Position numbers and translations under genes: made by a program. This document shows, piece by piece, positions 49,332 through 58,940 of a stretch of DNA of 64,000 nucleotides; within the stretch, counting starts at the first letter, position 1, and every line of letters starts with the position of its first letter. The notes below the pieces were generated by a model. It was given only the letters and a program-made list of their open reading frames with translations. It made no database searches and was not told the DNA's origin. The DNA is taken from assembly GCA_003649205.1 (NCBI GenBank), contig QMRC01000003.1, positions 96,001-160,000 on the forward strand. The letters are read 5' to 3'. The stretch comes from Thermoprotei archaeon (GTDB lineage: Archaea; Thermoproteota; Thermoprotei; Thermoproteales; B15-G16).

Positions 49332-49473
49332 CGTCCGAAACCCTCAACACAATCTTCCTCCACCTAATGAAAGGACGAGAAGGTAGAGAGGTAGAGATCT
49401 CACTTAACCCCCTTAAATGAGCTCTATGCATTTCAAAAATAACCTCTAGAGGAACAATCTTCTTCCCCACCAT
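49312..49473 (-). CDS. Small 53-aa protein upstream of and overlapping the retropepsin-like gene
   Basis: GAGGTGAGGTG RBS, ATG, MVGKKIVPLEVIFEMHRAH...VEDSC*; absent from the ORF track. Confidence 0.6.
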   Translation of the reverse strand: MVGKKIVPLEVIFEMHRAHLRGLSEISTSLPSRPFIRWRKIVLRVSDVVEDSC

Positions 49474-49644
49474 ACCTACACCTCACCTCTATTAGAAACT
49501 ACTCAACAACTCGTTAAAAACACTGTTAACGTCAAGCCCTCTCACGCGAAGTAATGTACCTAGATCACACAACCAAACCCAATACGAGGTAAGAAATAAA
49601 AACAAGACAGCAAACACAAATCACGACCCCAGAACCCAAACCGA

Positions 49645-49719
49645 GGCCGCGGTGGTGTAGCCTGGTAACATGCGGGACTGTGGATCCCGTGAGCCCGGGT
49701 TCAAATCCCGGCCGCGGCC
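49645..49719 (+). tRNA. tRNA-His(GTG), with encoded G-1 and no CCA
   Basis: Acceptor GCCGCGG/CCGCGGC, anticodon arm CGGGA-CTGTGGA-TCCCG, T arm CCGGG-TTCAAAT-CCCGG, discriminator C. Confidence 0.97.
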
Positions 49720-49784
49720 GGGATTTGAACCCGGGCTCACGGGATCCACAGTCCCGCATGTTACCAGGCTACACCACCGCGGCC
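49710..49784 (-). tRNA. tRNA-His(GTG), mirror copy sharing 10 bp
   Basis: Reverse complement of 49645-49719. Confidence 0.9.
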
Positions 49785-49955
49785 TCGGTTTGGGTTCTGG
49801 GGTCGTGATTTGTGTTTGCTGTCTTGTTTTTATTTCTTACCTCGTATTGGGTTTGGTTGTGTGATCTAGGTACATTACTTCGCGTGAGAGGGCTTGACGT
49901 TAACAGTGTTTTTAACGAGTTGTTGAGTAGTTTCTAATAGAGGTGAGGTGTAGGT

Positions 49956-50117
49956 ATGGTGGGGAAGAAGATTGTTCCTCTAGAGGTTATTTTTGAAATG
50001 CATAGAGCTCATTTAAGGGGGTTAAGTGAGATCTCTACCTCTCTACCTTCTCGTCCTTTCATTAGGTGGAGGAAGATTGTGTTGAGGGTTTCGGACGTTG
50101 TTGAGGATTCCTGTTAG
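49956..50117 (+). CDS. Small 53-aa protein (mirror copy)
   Basis: Mirror of 49312..49473. Confidence 0.55.
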   Translation: MVGKKIVPLEVIFEMHRAHLRGLSEISTSLPSRPFIRWRKIVLRVSDVVEDSC

Positions 50118-50454
50118 GTTGAGGAGGTGTGGTAAGGAGGTTGAGGCTTATGCTCTTTTGAATACTGGTTTCGAAAGTGATGAACCTGTTGTTGCTGTTC
50201 CTCCGGAGGTTGCTTCGGAATTGGGCTTGAGATATGGTAGGGAAGTGATGTTTAGAGGTCCTACTCTTACGTACGGTATCGTGTACCTCGGTGAGAGGGT
50301 AGAGGTTGTGGTTTCGATGAATAATGAGTGTAGGTGTGTTGAAGCTTATGTCGCTATTGCTCCTGGTGAGGATGAGGTTATTTTATCCGCTAAGTGTATT
50401 GAGTTGTTAGGTATCGTCATTGATCTTAAGCATAGGAGGTGGTGGTTCTCGTAG
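50098..50454 (+). CDS. Retropepsin-like protein (mirror copy)
   Basis: Same translation as 48975..49331. Confidence 0.7.
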   Translation: MLRIPVRLRRCGKEVEAYALLNTGFESDEPVVAVPPEVASELGLRYGREVMFRGPTLTYGIVYLGERVEVVVSMNNECRCVEAYVAIAPGEDEVILSAKCIELLGIVIDLKHRRWWFS

Positions 50455-50478
50455 GTACTGTTCCTTGGTCCTGTACCC

Positions 50479-51777
50479 TTAGGTCAGGTACTTCTCCATG
50501 TACTTGTTGAGCTTGTTCGCTATCTCCATTGCTCTTTCTCTCCATTTCTCTTCATCTCTCTTCCTCCAGTAAACTACTTTCCCACTCACCATCGTCATCT
50601 CTACATCTCTTCCACATACGCAGTATACGAGGGTTGATAGTACGTTGTCTCTTCTAAGTGGTTGTAGTGGTGCTTTCTCTACGTCTATGAGTACGAGGTC
50701 TGCTACGTATCCAGGTGCTATGACTCCTCCCTTTATGTTGAGTAGTTCGTATCCCCTTACTGTTGCCGCTGTGAATACGTGCTGTGCATTTATGTCTGTA
50801 CTCCAGTATCCGTGCCTGTGGAGGAGTACTGCTGCCTTCAACTCCCTAAACATGTCTAGTGTGTTGTTGCTTGCTGCTCCGTCTGTACCTATCGTCACCC
50901 TTATCCCCATGCTCATCATCTCCTTGATTGGTAGGAATCCCGCTGTCGCTAACTTCATGCTTGATACAGGACAATGTGTTACGGTTGCTCCTTGATCTCT
51001 AATGATACCAAGCTCCCAGCTAGCTACCCACCCTAGGTGTACTAGCTGTGTTCTCTCCGTTACCAGACCTAGTTCAGCTATGTACTCTATGGGGAATTTC
51101 CCTGTCTCTTTCCTACACCTATAGACTTCATGTCTCGTCTCTGAGATGTGTATCTGTATGTTTAGGTTGAGTTCACTTGCTAGATCTCTTGCTCGCTCCA
51201 AGGTCTCTCTCGTACAGGTGTAAATGCTGTGTACATTCACTATAGGTCTTACATACCTCATCCCTCTACACATCGTTACTAGGTTTCTTAAGTCGTTCTC
51301 TACCTTCTTCGCACTGTACATCACGTCCATGAAGACTGGTCCGAGTGCTGCTCTTATCCCGTACCTCTCCGCTACCTCAGCTGTTTGCTCTGGCATGTAG
51401 TACATGTCTATGAATGCTGTTGTCCCTGTACTTAGCATCTCCATGATACCTAGCTCAGAGGCTAACCTCACGACCTCCGGAGTTAGCTCGCGCTCTACCC
51501 CCCACATGTGCTGTAGCCAAGTGCACACCTCCTCATCGTCACAGAACCCTCTAAGCAAAGTCATTGCTACGTGGGTGTGTGCATTGACTAGTCCAGGTAT
51601 CACCACGTACCTCCTACAGTCAACTACTTCGTAACCACTCTCAGTACGTAGGTTCTTCCCAATCTTCTCCACTACGCCGTCTTCACGTACCTTAATGTCC
51701 ACCTCCTCCAAGACCTTGATCGTACCTGTAGCTAGGTCATGAGTAACTACGAATCTACAATTCCTTAGGTGAAGCAC
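50479..51777 (-). CDS. MtaD-like amidohydrolase (mirror copy)
   Basis: Same translation as 47652..48950. Confidence 0.85.
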   Translation of the reverse strand: MLHLRNCRFVVTHDLATGTIKVLEEVDIKVREDGVVEKIGKNLRTESGYEVVDCRRYVVIPGLVNAHTHVAMTLLRGFCDDEEVCTWLQHMWGVERELTPEVVRLASELGIMEMLSTGTTAFIDMYYMPEQTAEVAERYGIRAALGPVFMDVMYSAKKVENDLRNLVTMCRGMRYVRPIVNVHSIYTCTRETLERARDLASELNLNIQIHISETRHEVYRCRKETGKFPIEYIAELGLVTERTQLVHLGWVASWELGIIRDQGATVTHCPVSSMKLATAGFLPIKEMMSMGIRVTIGTDGAASNNTLDMFRELKAAVLLHRHGYWSTDINAQHVFTAATVRGYELLNIKGGVIAPGYVADLVLIDVEKAPLQPLRRDNVLSTLVYCVCGRDVEMTMVSGKVVYWRKRDEEKWRERAMEIANKLNKYMEKYLT

Positions 51778-51877
51778 ACATCAATCACCGCGTTCTCTCT
51801 TACTTGCTCTTGTGTTGCTTAGTGAGATTGAGATACTGATAATTTACTATTTACTGTTGTTTATCTATGGTTTCACG

Positions 51878-53743
51878 ATGTGTGGCATCATTGGTATTGC
51901 GACTACACTTACCGCTCTAGGTGCTAACTTAGGTACTGTGTTGTATTGCTGTCTCAAGAACCTTGAGTACAGAGGCTATGACTCTGTTGGTTTTGCTGTG
52001 ATCACTCCTGATGGTAGGTTGGTCGTTAGGAAGTGTAGAGGTAAGATCGATGATGTTCGTGAGAAGCTTGGTTTCGATAGGTACTGTGGTGTTGTTGGTA
52101 TTGGGCACACTAGGTGGGCTACTCACGGTCCTCCTACTGATGTGAATGCTCATCCACACACTGACTGTAATATGGGTATTGCTGTTGTTCACAATGGTAT
52201 TATCGAGAACTACCTTGAGCTTCGTGAGGAGCTTATTGAGAGAGGGCATAGGTTCATTAGTGAGACAGATACGGAGGTTATTCCTCATCTTGTTGAGGAG
52301 TTTAAGAGGAGGGGTCTACCTACCTACGATGCTTTTAAGAAGGCAGTATCTATCCTGAGAGGTACCTTCGCTATAGCTATGATCGACGTTGATGAACCTG
52401 ACAAGATATTCTTCGCTAGGTACACATCACCTCTAGTAATTGGCTTTGGTAAGGGTACGATGTTCGTCTCGAGTGACATTCCTGCATTCCTCGAGTACAC
52501 GAATAGAGTGCTTGTGTTAAGAGATCTCGAGGTTGGTTACGTGACTTCGAGTAGTGTCGTTGTTGAGGGGATTTCTCAGAGTGAGGATCTAGATCCTGTA
52601 CCTCCTCCATCTAGAGTTGTTGAGTTTAGACCGAGGATTAGGGTTGTTGAGTGGAGTCTCGAAGCTGCTAAGAAGGGTGGTTACCCACACTTCATGCTTA
52701 AGGAAATTCACGAGCAGCCCTATGCAATATTCTCCACGATATCTGGTCTCGGTCCTGAGATCGATGGGGTCGTTGAGTTGATTAGACGTGCTGATCACGT
52801 ATTCATCATTGGTGCAGGTACTAGCTACCACGCATCGCTCACAGGTAGCTACCTACTTCACGAGCTAGCTGGTGTATTCTCGCAAGCTATCATAGCTTCT
52901 GAAGCTCAGTGGTACCTATCGAAGGTTAGTGATAGAGATGTCGTTATTGCTGTTAGTCAATCAGGTGAAACCATAGATACTTTGGTCGCTGTTAGAGTTG
53001 CCAAGAGGTGTGGTGCCAAGGTAGTAGCTGTATCCAATGTCATTGATAGTGCTATTCCTAGGGAATCAGATATCCAAGTATACACGAGAGCGGGTCCGGA
53101 AATCGGTGTTGCTGCTACGAAGACCTTCACTACACAGCTCGTAGTCTTCACGTACCTAGCTCTCAGGTTGGGTAAGGTTCTCGGTACGCTTCCTGAGGAT
53201 AATTACCGTGACCTACTATCTAAATTGAGGAAGGTCCCTGAAGTAGTTGAGTACGTGATCGCTAGGTGCGAGCCAATCGCTAGGAAGCTCTCTAGAGAGG
53301 TCGCTAGTAAGCGGAGTGCTTACTTCTTAGGTAGGTGGTTAGGCGTACCGATTTCTATGGAGGGTGCACTGAAGTTAAAGGAGATAGCGTACATACATGC
53401 TGAGGCTTATCCAGCTGGTGAGAGTAAGCATGGTCCAATAGCTCTTGTAGAGCCTGGATTCCCAGTATTCTTCACTGTTCTCGGTGGTTATGATGAGGAG
53501 ATCATTGGTGGTAATATCGAGGAGATGAGGGCTAGAGGTGCCTGGACAATAGCTATATGTCCTAGAGGTAGTAGAGTTAGGAGGCTACCTGAAGTCGTTA
53601 TTGAGTTACCTAGGTTGAGCCCGTACGTAGCTACTATACCTTACATAGTTCCTTACCAGTTAATTGCTTACTACACAGCTACTCAGAGAGGTTTTGATCC
53701 TGATAAGCCGAGGAACCTAGCTAAGACTGTGACGGTGATGTAG
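51878..53743 (+). CDS. glmS: Glutamine-fructose-6-phosphate transaminase (mirror copy)
   Basis: Same translation as 45686..47551. Confidence 0.95.
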   Translation: MCGIIGIATTLTALGANLGTVLYCCLKNLEYRGYDSVGFAVITPDGRLVVRKCRGKIDDVREKLGFDRYCGVVGIGHTRWATHGPPTDVNAHPHTDCNMGIAVVHNGIIENYLELREELIERGHRFISETDTEVIPHLVEEFKRRGLPTYDAFKKAVSILRGTFAIAMIDVDEPDKIFFARYTSPLVIGFGKGTMFVSSDIPAFLEYTNRVLVLRDLEVGYVTSSSVVVEGISQSEDLDPVPPPSRVVEFRPRIRVVEWSLEAAKKGGYPHFMLKEIHEQPYAIFSTISGLGPEIDGVVELIRRADHVFIIGAGTSYHASLTGSYLLHELAGVFSQAIIASEAQWYLSKVSDRDVVIAVSQSGETIDTLVAVRVAKRCGAKVVAVSNVIDSAIPRESDIQVYTRAGPEIGVAATKTFTTQLVVFTYLALRLGKVLGTLPEDNYRDLLSKLRKVPEVVEYVIARCEPIARKLSREVASKRSAYFLGRWLGVPISMEGALKLKEIAYIHAEAYPAGESKHGPIALVEPGFPVFFTVLGGYDEEIIGGNIEEMRARGAWTIAICPRGSRVRRLPEVVIELPRLSPYVATIPYIVPYQLIAYYTATQRGFDPDKPRNLAKTVTVM

Positions 53744-53746
53744 TTA

Positions 53747-54901
53747 ATGTCGCTACCTGTCATCGTGCTGGCGGGTGGTCCTGGTACTGGTCTCCAGCTA
53801 TTGACTAGGGGAGAGCCTAAGGTACTGCTGAGGATAGCTGGTAGAGCAGTTATTGAGTATGTACTGGGTAACTTGCTTGAGCTAAATATGAGGAGAGTTC
53901 TTGTCGTTACAGATAGACCTGGTGCCCTTGAGCCAGTTCTTGAGAGGTATAGGAGATTAGGTCTAGAGCTTGAGGTTATTGAGCAGTGTGGTGTAGGTGT
54001 TGAAGCTGCGCTCCTATCGGTTAAGGACTATGTTAGAGGTTATGTACTCATCTACTACGGAGATACATTGCTACCGAAAGAAGGTGTTGAGACAATACTC
54101 AGTTCCTTCCTAGCCTACAGCACCAGTACCCTGATGCTGGTCCCTGAAGAGGATGTTAGACTCTATGGAGCTGTTAGAGTAGATGCTGAAGGCTTTGTTA
54201 CGGAATTCATTGAGAAACCTAGTCGAGAGCTTGAGGGTTACTACGCATTTGGTGGCTTGATGATAGTCAATACCGAGTTCTTCAAACTTCTCGAGCAGTA
54301 TGAGAACTTTGAGGTAGCTATGTCGAAGTTAATTAAGTTGAGGAGAGTTAGGTCATCTATTTGGAGTGGTTGGTGGGTTGATATTGGTTTTCCCTGGGAT
54401 CTCTTGAGAGCAAACTACTTCGTATTGAGTTCTCTAGAGAGGAGCTTCATATCGAGTAGAGCGAGGATAGCTTCGACAGCTGTTATTGAGGGTCCTGTAG
54501 TTATTGAGGATGGAGCAGAGATAGAGCACCATGCAGTTATTAAGGGACCGGTGTACATCGGTAGGAATAGCTACGTAGCTACTCATACACTTGTGAGAGA
54601 TTACACAACAGTTGAAGAGGAGTCAACAATATTCTCATTCACTGAGGTAACGTGGTCTTCAATTCAACCTAGAGCAACTATCGGAAGAGCTACGTACTTA
54701 GGCTTTAGTGTCGTTGGTAGTGAAGCAGTTATTGAACCAAATGTAGTGACTAAGGTTATCATGAAAGAAAGAATTTGGAAAGAGAGACCAATCGAGGTAG
54801 TGAGAAGAGGTAGAAAGATCATGAAGCTTGGTTCCTACATAGGTAAAGGAGCTAGAGTACCTGCAGGTAAAGTACTTGAACCAGGTGCCGTGGTCGAGTA
54901 A
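53747..54901 (+). CDS. Sugar-phosphate nucleotidyltransferase (mirror copy)
   Basis: Same translation as 44528..45682. Confidence 0.85.
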   Translation: MSLPVIVLAGGPGTGLQLLTRGEPKVLLRIAGRAVIEYVLGNLLELNMRRVLVVTDRPGALEPVLERYRRLGLELEVIEQCGVGVEAALLSVKDYVRGYVLIYYGDTLLPKEGVETILSSFLAYSTSTLMLVPEEDVRLYGAVRVDAEGFVTEFIEKPSRELEGYYAFGGLMIVNTEFFKLLEQYENFEVAMSKLIKLRRVRSSIWSGWWVDIGFPWDLLRANYFVLSSLERSFISSRARIASTAVIEGPVVIEDGAEIEHHAVIKGPVYIGRNSYVATHTLVRDYTTVEEESTIFSFTEVTWSSIQPRATIGRATYLGFSVVGSEAVIEPNVVTKVIMKERIWKERPIEVVRRGRKIMKLGSYIGKGARVPAGKVLEPGAVVE

Positions 54902-55303
54902 TTACTCAGCTCTCTCAACTCTAATCCTCTCACCATACTTAACCCTAGAGAACACTGTCGGATCACCTAAGACTCTACCAACCACGTTCACAGGACTAGC
55001 AGGTCTAATCTCATCGGGGTGTCTACTAGCTGGTGTAGGTCCCCAGAAGATGCATAGCGAGTGCCCTGGTGGCCAGTAAGCAACTGTACCTTTCTCAACT
55101 ATTTCAACAGCATTTTCCTCAGGAACATGGACGGGGATCTCAAAGTAAACTTCATCACCCCACCTACGTGCTACACCTTCAAATGGTAGAGCTTCAACGA
55201 TCTTCCTGAAGGTATTTGGACTAAGATCATCGAATAGCTCAGCCTCAACAACACCAGTAGATTCAGAAGTTATTCTCACCTTAATCTTCACATATCTCAC
55301 CAC
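54902..55303 (-). CDS. Cyclophilin-like fold protein (mirror copy)
   Basis: Same translation as 44126..44527. Confidence 0.85.
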   Translation of the reverse strand: MVRYVKIKVRITSESTGVVEAELFDDLSPNTFRKIVEALPFEGVARRWGDEVYFEIPVHVPEENAVEIVEKGTVAYWPPGHSLCIFWGPTPASRHPDEIRPASPVNVVGRVLGDPTVFSRVKYGERIRVERAE

Positions 55304-55355
55304 ATCGACAACAAGGAGAATTCACTTATTAACGTTAACCAACTCAGGTGTAAAC

Positions 55356-56339
55356 GTGAACCCAATAGGTGTGAACTTCCTACCAATGTCAATTTGGTTA
55401 ACCACCGAAGGAATGAAGAAGATTGCTAAGTGGCTTAACTTCTTCAGCGAACTCAATATCGAGGTGCTGGAGATATCTCCACATAAGTTCAACCTAATCA
55501 TAGGTAGGAAACTAGCTAGAGAAAACGTACAGAAACTACTCGACCTTCTCTCTCCATACAGATTCAAGTACACCATACACATACCTGACGAAGTGAATAT
55601 ACTTGACACACATCTACTAAAGTACTCACTAGAAGTAATCAAGTCATGTATGGAACTAGGTCAAGAACTAGATGCTAAAATCATGGTACTTCACAGTGGC
55701 TACATCATACCACCAGAGCAAGAACTACAGAGAGTAATGTGGGCAGGACCTAGAAACATAACTTACGTAGAGCTAAGTGAGGAGGAAAAGTACAGAGCAC
55801 TAAATCAACTAGCACAGAACCTAACTAAGTGCTGTGACCTAGCTAGAGACTACGGAATTACCATAGGTCTAGAGAACGGTGATCTAGGACTAACACATCT
55901 CTGTCGAAGAGTAAGTGAACTACTTTACGTAGTAGTGAAAGCCAAGAGAGATAACCTCGGTATCACACTCGACATAGGACACCTCTACATATGCTCAAAA
56001 GCACTCAACTTCAACTTCCTCAAAGCAATGGAAGAAGCATTACCACATACCATACACATGCACCTAAGCGATAACTACGGACTCTACCACCCATACTTCC
56101 CAGAACACAATGTAGCCTATGGATTTGGCGACCTACACCTACCACTAGGGTGGGGAGATATACCGTGGGTACAGGTAGTGAACAGAGTATTCCAGAGATA
56201 CCGCGGAGCATTAATCATCGAGCTTTCGGATAAGTACGGTGAGGAAGGGTATAGAGTCTCAGTACAGTACTTGAGGAAGCTGATAGAGGAGGTAGAGAAA
56301 AAGCAGAAGGATCTACCTTCTAGGTGTGAAGAATGCTAG
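55356..56339 (+). CDS. Sugar phosphate isomerase/epimerase (mirror copy)
   Basis: Same translation as 43090..44073. Confidence 0.85.
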   Translation: MNPIGVNFLPMSIWLTTEGMKKIAKWLNFFSELNIEVLEISPHKFNLIIGRKLARENVQKLLDLLSPYRFKYTIHIPDEVNILDTHLLKYSLEVIKSCMELGQELDAKIMVLHSGYIIPPEQELQRVMWAGPRNITYVELSEEEKYRALNQLAQNLTKCCDLARDYGITIGLENGDLGLTHLCRRVSELLYVVVKAKRDNLGITLDIGHLYICSKALNFNFLKAMEEALPHTIHMHLSDNYGLYHPYFPEHNVAYGFGDLHLPLGWGDIPWVQVVNRVFQRYRGALIIELSDKYGEEGYRVSVQYLRKLIEEVEKKQKDLPSRCEEC

Positions 56340-56957
56340 ACCACTAACCAAGTACTTCTGAAGGAGTATGGCAAGAGCTATTGTCGGTAACGTAGCTATC
56401 GTAGCTGCTGCGGACACAGCACCCCACATAAGTCCATGAGCTTCCCTCATACCAGCGATGGTTACAGTCATTACCCTGACATTGACGTCTGTCAGTATTA
56501 GTGCATACATGAACTCGTTCCACGACCAGATGAAGGTGAATAGTACCGTAATGAGGAACCCTGGTAGAGCTAGTGGAAACACTATCTTGAAGAGCACGGT
56601 AAACCTACTACAACCGTCGACTAACGCTGCCTCCTCAAGTTCTACAGGTATGCTCATGATGAAGCTCCTCATCAACCACACAGCAAACGGAATTCCGATA
56701 CATAGATGTGGTATTATGACCGCTGGGTACGTGTCGAGAATTCCTAGTGCTCTGAAGAGTAGGTAGTAAGGTATGACAGCTACTACCGGTGGTAGGAACC
56801 TAATCGATAGTATCCAGAATAGTAGGTGTGGACCATCAACTCTGTACCTAGCAAATCCGTATCCTGAGAAGAATCCTAGGAATGCAGAGATTATTGACGT
56901 ACATCCAGCTATTATCAACGTATATAAAGGTTTCATGGTTTTCCTATCCGGATACAT
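56313..56957 (-). pseudogene. Truncated ABC permease (mirror copy)
   Basis: Same translation as 42472..43116. Confidence 0.6.
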
Positions 56958-57086
56958 TCGTTATCTCTTGACTTACACAATTCTATGTATAACACCGCTA
57001 TGCAATACTACTCAAGCTATATTCCTAGTTTGTTAATTTCATGATATATTGTGGGAATTGTATTGCTTCTGAAGCTAGGTATAACG

Positions 57087-58241
57087 CTAGTGATACCTAT
57101 ATGTTCCTTTTCTACCACTCAGTGCCTTACTTATGAGATTTCGTACTATGTCCTCGGTTACTTCTATTGGGTTGTTTTCTAGATTTCTTCGGTACCCTAG
57201 TGTGTGCTTTACGTAGGTTTCTAGCTCTTCTTCTTGAACTCCTACATCTTTTACGCTATTTGGTATCTCTACTCTATCGAGAAGTTTACAGAGCTTGATT
57301 ATGAGGTCTTGTACTGTTTCTACGTTTAGTAGGTGTAGTAGTTTCTCTACTTTGTCTCTGGGTATGTGCTGTAGATCTAGCTCAAGTACGTACGGTAGTG
57401 TTAATGCGTTTGCTAGTCCATGATGTACGTCGTGGTGTGTTGTGAGGTAGTACCCCATTGCGTGTACGAGTACTGTCCCTGCTACGTTTATTGCCATTCC
57501 AGCTAGTGTTGCTGCTAGGTGTAGCTTCTCTTGTGCGGTTTCATCACCCTTTGCTGCTCTCTCCACATTCTCTATGATGAGTTTAATGGCTTCGAGTGCT
57601 AGCACATCGGATATTGGTGTTGATCTCTTGGATACGTATGCTTCTAGTGCATGTGAGAGTGCGTCCATTGCTGTCCACGTAATTAGCTTAGGTGGTAGGT
57701 ACCTAATGACGTCGGGATCCACTATAGCTACCTTAGGTATTATCGCTGGACCGACAACTACTACCTTCCTCTTCTCCTTAACTATGGTCAGTACTGAGTT
57801 CTTCGTTACCTCACTGCCTGTACCACAGGTCGTTGGTATTGCTACGATTGGTAGTGCGTTACCTGTAACTACCTTAGGGTAGAGGTACTCCTCGACTCTA
57901 CCACCTTGAACAGCTACTACAGCAGCTGCCTTACCCACATCAATTACACTACCACCACCAAAGGCAACTATGACCTCACTACCTCTCTCCCTAGCGAATT
58001 CACTACATCTCTGTGCTGTTTCAGTTGATGGATTGGGTTCAACGCCGCTGAATACATGGACCTCTACTCCAGCTTCTTGAAGTAGCTTGGTTATCTTATC
58101 GAGGTAACCTGATTCCTTAGCGAATCTCCTACCAACTACTAAGAGTGCTCTTGAACCGAAGTTCCTAACTACTTGACCTACCTCCTTGATAGATCCTCTA
58201 CCGAATATTACCTCAGTTGGACAGTAGTACCTGAAGTACAT
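57087..58241 (-). CDS. Iron-containing alcohol dehydrogenase (mirror copy)
   Basis: Same translation as 41188..42342. Confidence 0.9.
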   Translation of the reverse strand: MYFRYYCPTEVIFGRGSIKEVGQVVRNFGSRALLVVGRRFAKESGYLDKITKLLQEAGVEVHVFSGVEPNPSTETAQRCSEFARERGSEVIVAFGGGSVIDVGKAAAVVAVQGGRVEEYLYPKVVTGNALPIVAIPTTCGTGSEVTKNSVLTIVKEKRKVVVVGPAIIPKVAIVDPDVIRYLPPKLITWTAMDALSHALEAYVSKRSTPISDVLALEAIKLIIENVERAAKGDETAQEKLHLAATLAGMAINVAGTVLVHAMGYYLTTHHDVHHGLANALTLPYVLELDLQHIPRDKVEKLLHLLNVETVQDLIIKLCKLLDRVEIPNSVKDVGVQEEELETYVKHTLGYRRNLENNPIEVTEDIVRNLISKALSGRKGTYRYH

Positions 58242-58281
58242 GTACCCACCTCGAGTAGAGTACGTACTTGATGAAGATAAA

Positions 58282-58938
58282 TCAGTACCCACTTAAGAGC
58301 CTTTTCACCAGCTCTGGAATGTCGGTAACGATACCGTCAACACCTAGCTTCACCGCATTGATGATCTGACCCTCATCATTTAGAGTCCACACAACGACCT
58401 TTATACCGTGTGTATGTAGTTGCTCAACTAGTTCTCGATCTAGAAAGTCAATCCTTATAGATACACCATCCGCCTGAGCACACTTAGCTACGTAGTATGG
58501 GTCGACAGGTCTCTCACTGAGACTAATAAATGTCCGTGACTTAGGTAGTAGCTCCTTGATTACTCTTAGCGAGTAGTGGTAAGCTGATGAGAAGTAGAGT
58601 CTCTCATCTGAGATACCCAACTCCATAACTAACTTACACACTGAATCCTCTATCCTTGGTACCTTGAGGTCTAGCCAGATACCGATAGGGTACTTCAACA
58701 CTTCACTTAGTAAGTCCCTCAGCTTAGGTGCTCTAGATCGCTTTACGCTGTACCTAATTGACTCTATGAACCTCTTAACTCTAGATACTGGAACTACTGG
58801 ATCTGGTGGGTGGTACGCAATTAACTCTCCACCGTACGAATATACATCAATCTCAATGACATTAGCACCCTGTGAGATACACTTTGCTACCCTACCGAGT
58901 GAGTTACACGCATGAGCTATCACTAGTGGTTTCAACAT
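58282..58938 (-). CDS. Glycerophosphodiester phosphodiesterase (mirror copy)
   Basis: Same translation as 40491..41147. Confidence 0.85.
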   Translation of the reverse strand: MLKPLVIAHACNSLGRVAKCISQGANVIEIDVYSYGGELIAYHPPDPVVPVSRVKRFIESIRYSVKRSRAPKLRDLLSEVLKYPIGIWLDLKVPRIEDSVCKLVMELGISDERLYFSSAYHYSLRVIKELLPKSRTFISLSERPVDPYYVAKCAQADGVSIRIDFLDRELVEQLHTHGIKVVVWTLNDEGQIINAVKLGVDGIVTDIPELVKRLLSGY

Positions 58939-58940
58939 AC

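Noticed and set aside
49565-49864. Two identical 64-aa ORFs crossing the palindrome centre
   Set aside because: Read-through of the tRNA-His sequence and its mirror; not protein-like
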